Source: Octopus sinensis (Eukaryota). From it: a stretch of DNA of 9,350 bases. Positions 7,263 to 9,350 of this stretch are shown here, in pieces (the first letter of the stretch is position 1; each line of letters opens with the position of its first letter). The notes beneath the pieces were generated by a model. It was given only the letters and a program-made list of their open reading frames with translations, had not been told where the DNA came from and searched no databases. The DNA is taken from positions 1 to 9,350 of the forward strand of contig NW_021827985.1 in the NCBI RefSeq assembly GCF_006345805.1. The letters are read 5' to 3'. A program made the translations under genes and the position numbers.

Positions 7263-8009
7263 TACTATGGAAGATTTTGGATTTGATACAAAGTTCTGGG
7301 TTATCAGTCCATATATGAAAAGTAAAATTTCAATCCATTAAATGCTTCATAAAAGATATATGTAAAATAGATATTTTGATATGAAAGGCAAATATACACA
7401 TTGAGGCAATACACATTCAGCGATATTTAAATCACGTAAATTTGTACATACTGGATTGGTTTGTTGCATCAGAGACGCTAATATTAAAGCTCCAAGAATA
7501 TATGGAAAATTCGAAGGAAGAAGTCCAAATTAAAATCCAAATGTGAAAATTAACATATACATCCCAAAGCTGTTTCAGGAACAGAGTGATAAGAGTAGAT
7601 ATCGATTTAAAATCCATTCCAGTATCCATATTTCCTTCATCAGGGATATCTATATCTTGTATGGATCACATCTGGTATTTTTGTTCATAAATGTCAAAGT
7701 TCAATTACACTATACCAGTTTGTATTTTATATAAAATCGATTGGATGAAAAATGAGTTGAATAGAAATAAAATAATTAAGATGAATTTAAAATATATGGT
7801 GGAGGTAAAATTAAATATATAAGTTTCCCGGAAATTATTCTAGAAGTGAAATGATTTTTCTCTCTTTTCATTTTTTTTGTTTTTTATTCATTACAGATTT
7901 ATTGTTACTTAATGAAAGAATTTAAATGTGCATAAGATGATCATTATTCCATAACTATTTTATTGATGAGAAACTCTTTATGGATTTTTTGTTATTTAAC
8001 AATTATTTG
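7263..8009 (-). mobile_element. Probable 3' non-coding (pseudo-LTR) region of the Penelope-like element
   Basis: Lies directly downstream of the GIY-YIG stop on the minus strand and contains the hammerhead motif. The distal boundary is uncertain. Confidence 0.5.
7559..7649 (-). ncRNA. Degenerate type-I hammerhead ribozyme of the Penelope pseudo-LTR
   Basis: Minus strand order: stem I AUAUCC (7649-7644), CUGAUGA (7643-7637), stem II AGGAA (7636-7632), 50-nt loop, UUCCU (7581-7577), GAAAC (7576-7572), AGCU, UUG, stem I' GGAUGU (7564-7559). The core and stems I/II are intact, but the expected GUH cleavage triplet reads UUG. Confidence 0.7.
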
Positions 8010-8995
8010 TTATTTATATGTGGAGAGGTATTTATGTCTACATGAAGTGATAAGATTGGAGAATTTGCTTAGCATTATCTTCTTATTTAGACATAGTATA
8101 TTGATTGATTCTTTTGTACATAACCTACAAGTTTGTGTATATGAATTATAAGGAGAGGTTCCAGTAACTACTGATCATATTAATTTATAGTTAATATTTT
8201 GCATTTTTAGAAGGTTAACATATGTTACTAGTGATGAGGAAAATTTAGTTTTAGGGTTAATAAATGAATTCATGTGCACTCAGTATCTAGTTTTAAAATC
8301 GGCTGTGCTCCCGATATATGTTTTAGATTGGTTAGGGTTAGATGTTAGTACTTGGCATTTATAGACTAGGTTCTTTTGTTAAATAAGGGGCAGTATTCAG
8401 GCTTGCAGAAGTCGCATGCTTTTTGCCTCATGTGGGTTTTAAATCATTGTCCCAAATAATTTGCATTGATTTGGTTAGATTCCAAATTACTGAGAAGCTG
8501 TGTTTAGTTCATTAATCACATCCATTTGACTTGTCTGGGTAGGATTTATAACCCCTTGTTGTTGTGATTCACCAATTATATTTCTTCTTGTATTATCATT
8601 AAGTAAAATATTATTGTTGCGCTCCAAATCAGAGATTTCCCATAGAGAAACTTTACCTAATGAATGGTTTCTAAGCTTATATCTATTATTAGCTGCTATA
8701 ACTGACCCTAGATTTGGTGTAGTGGAGTACAATATCTTTATACAAGATTTATTAAATATAGAATAATACTTATGGTTTTGTGGAAAGGTTTTTGCTAAGA
8801 TTTTAAAAAATAAGCTGGGGAAGTTTCTAATTTGAAGAGAGAAGGACGAGGTAAACCATATGGTTTCCCATTTTCTAGAAGAGGTTTTATTGCCTGATTA
8901 TTTATATTGAATTTCTTAGTGGGTTTATGCCAATAGTTATGATTTTGTCGAATTCGATGAATCTAGCATATATGGTAAGAATGTTGTTCAAATGA
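8010..8995 (-). mobile_element. Penelope-like element, C-terminal region and GIY-YIG endonuclease (pseudogenised)
   Basis: From 8876: RKWETIWFTSSFSLQIRNFPSLFFKILAKTFPQNHKYYSIFNKSCIKILYSTTPNLGSVIAANNRYKL, the Penelope WFNPPFS...HFP..H....IFN...IK.SYS..PN pattern. Then CDFCKPEYCPL/NLVYKCQV (VYKC 8366-8355)...KTYIGSTADFKTRY*VHMNSF (YIG 8318-8310)...PYNSYTQTCRLCTKE...LITSCRHKYLSTYK* (stop 8012-8010). Homology upstream of 8876 is assumed, not shown. Confidence 0.9.
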
Positions 8996-9034
8996 ATCAT
9001 TCAACATACCATATATGGAGTAAAATTCTCCTTA

Positions 9035-9229
9035 TTCATTATCCGCCACCCACAATACACACAGATACAGGTTGGTGAACATATAGAAAGGTGTGCTAGG
9101 AATCTTAATCCCAATTTTCTAATTTTCCCCTTCCCTCAATGTTCACAGAACACCTCAGTACAACAAAGAATGCATGAAGAGGCAACTTTCACCAATAAAT
9201 ATCTTCCACACCTCAATATGAACACATAA
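9035..9229 (+). mobile_element. Second Penelope-like element of a different lineage: GIY-YIG C-terminal half, 5'-truncated
   Basis: A stop-free frame 8996-9229 (absent from the ORF track because it has no early start codon) gives IIRHPQYTQIQVGEHIERCARNLNPNFLIFPFPQCSQNTSVQQRMHEEATFTNKYLPHLNMNT*. The EH...C....F.IFPF and E..F....P.LN endings are typical of the C-terminus of PLE GIY-YIG domains. Strand composition flips here (A/C-rich on +). Confidence 0.7.
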
Positions 9230-9350
9230 CATAATACAGAACACTACTAACCTTTCAATTAATACCACTAACCCCCATACATCCCATACACCATTTACAT
9301 TTCATTTCTGTATCTACCCTAATTGCACCAAATCTAGAACTACTTACCAC

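Noticed and set aside
7961-7975. ttgatgagaaac as a second hammerhead
   Set aside because: No stem II, no CUGA start, and it is antisense to the Penelope element.
9335-9350. ctacttaccac at the window edge as a minus-strand splice donor or the start of another SINE head
   Set aside because: Too short and truncated by the window boundary to assign.

Overview
AT-rich, microsatellite-dense eukaryotic non-coding DNA built almost entirely from decayed transposable elements. The SINE and RTE families look like those I recall from octopus (coleoid cephalopod) genomes; this is an inference and no search was run. No intact host gene is supported, and the ORF-track entries are retroelement relics, their antisense frames or microsatellite translations. 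In order, the window holds: two different R4/Dong-clade LINE 3' ends in tandem (127-1050); a (GAC)n tract; a possible LTR+PBS remnant; an RTE LINE whose RT is cut short and joined to its own 3' tail through an 89-bp Helitron-like filler (1970-3191); a near-identical ~245-bp direct repeat associated with Helitron termini (3396-4467); an RTE endonuclease fragment; three pieces of one tRNA-SINE (one near-complete, one direct partial duplicate, one inverted head); a Helitron-like element; a mariner-type MITE; a minus-strand Penelope-like element with GIY-YIG relic and a degenerate hammerhead ribozyme downstream; and a second, plus-strand Penelope-type endonuclease tail joined head-to-head through a fold-back palindrome. 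The most unusual window-level signal is the recurrence of short-range templated and fold-back junctions. I see no evidence for a new protein-coding system.
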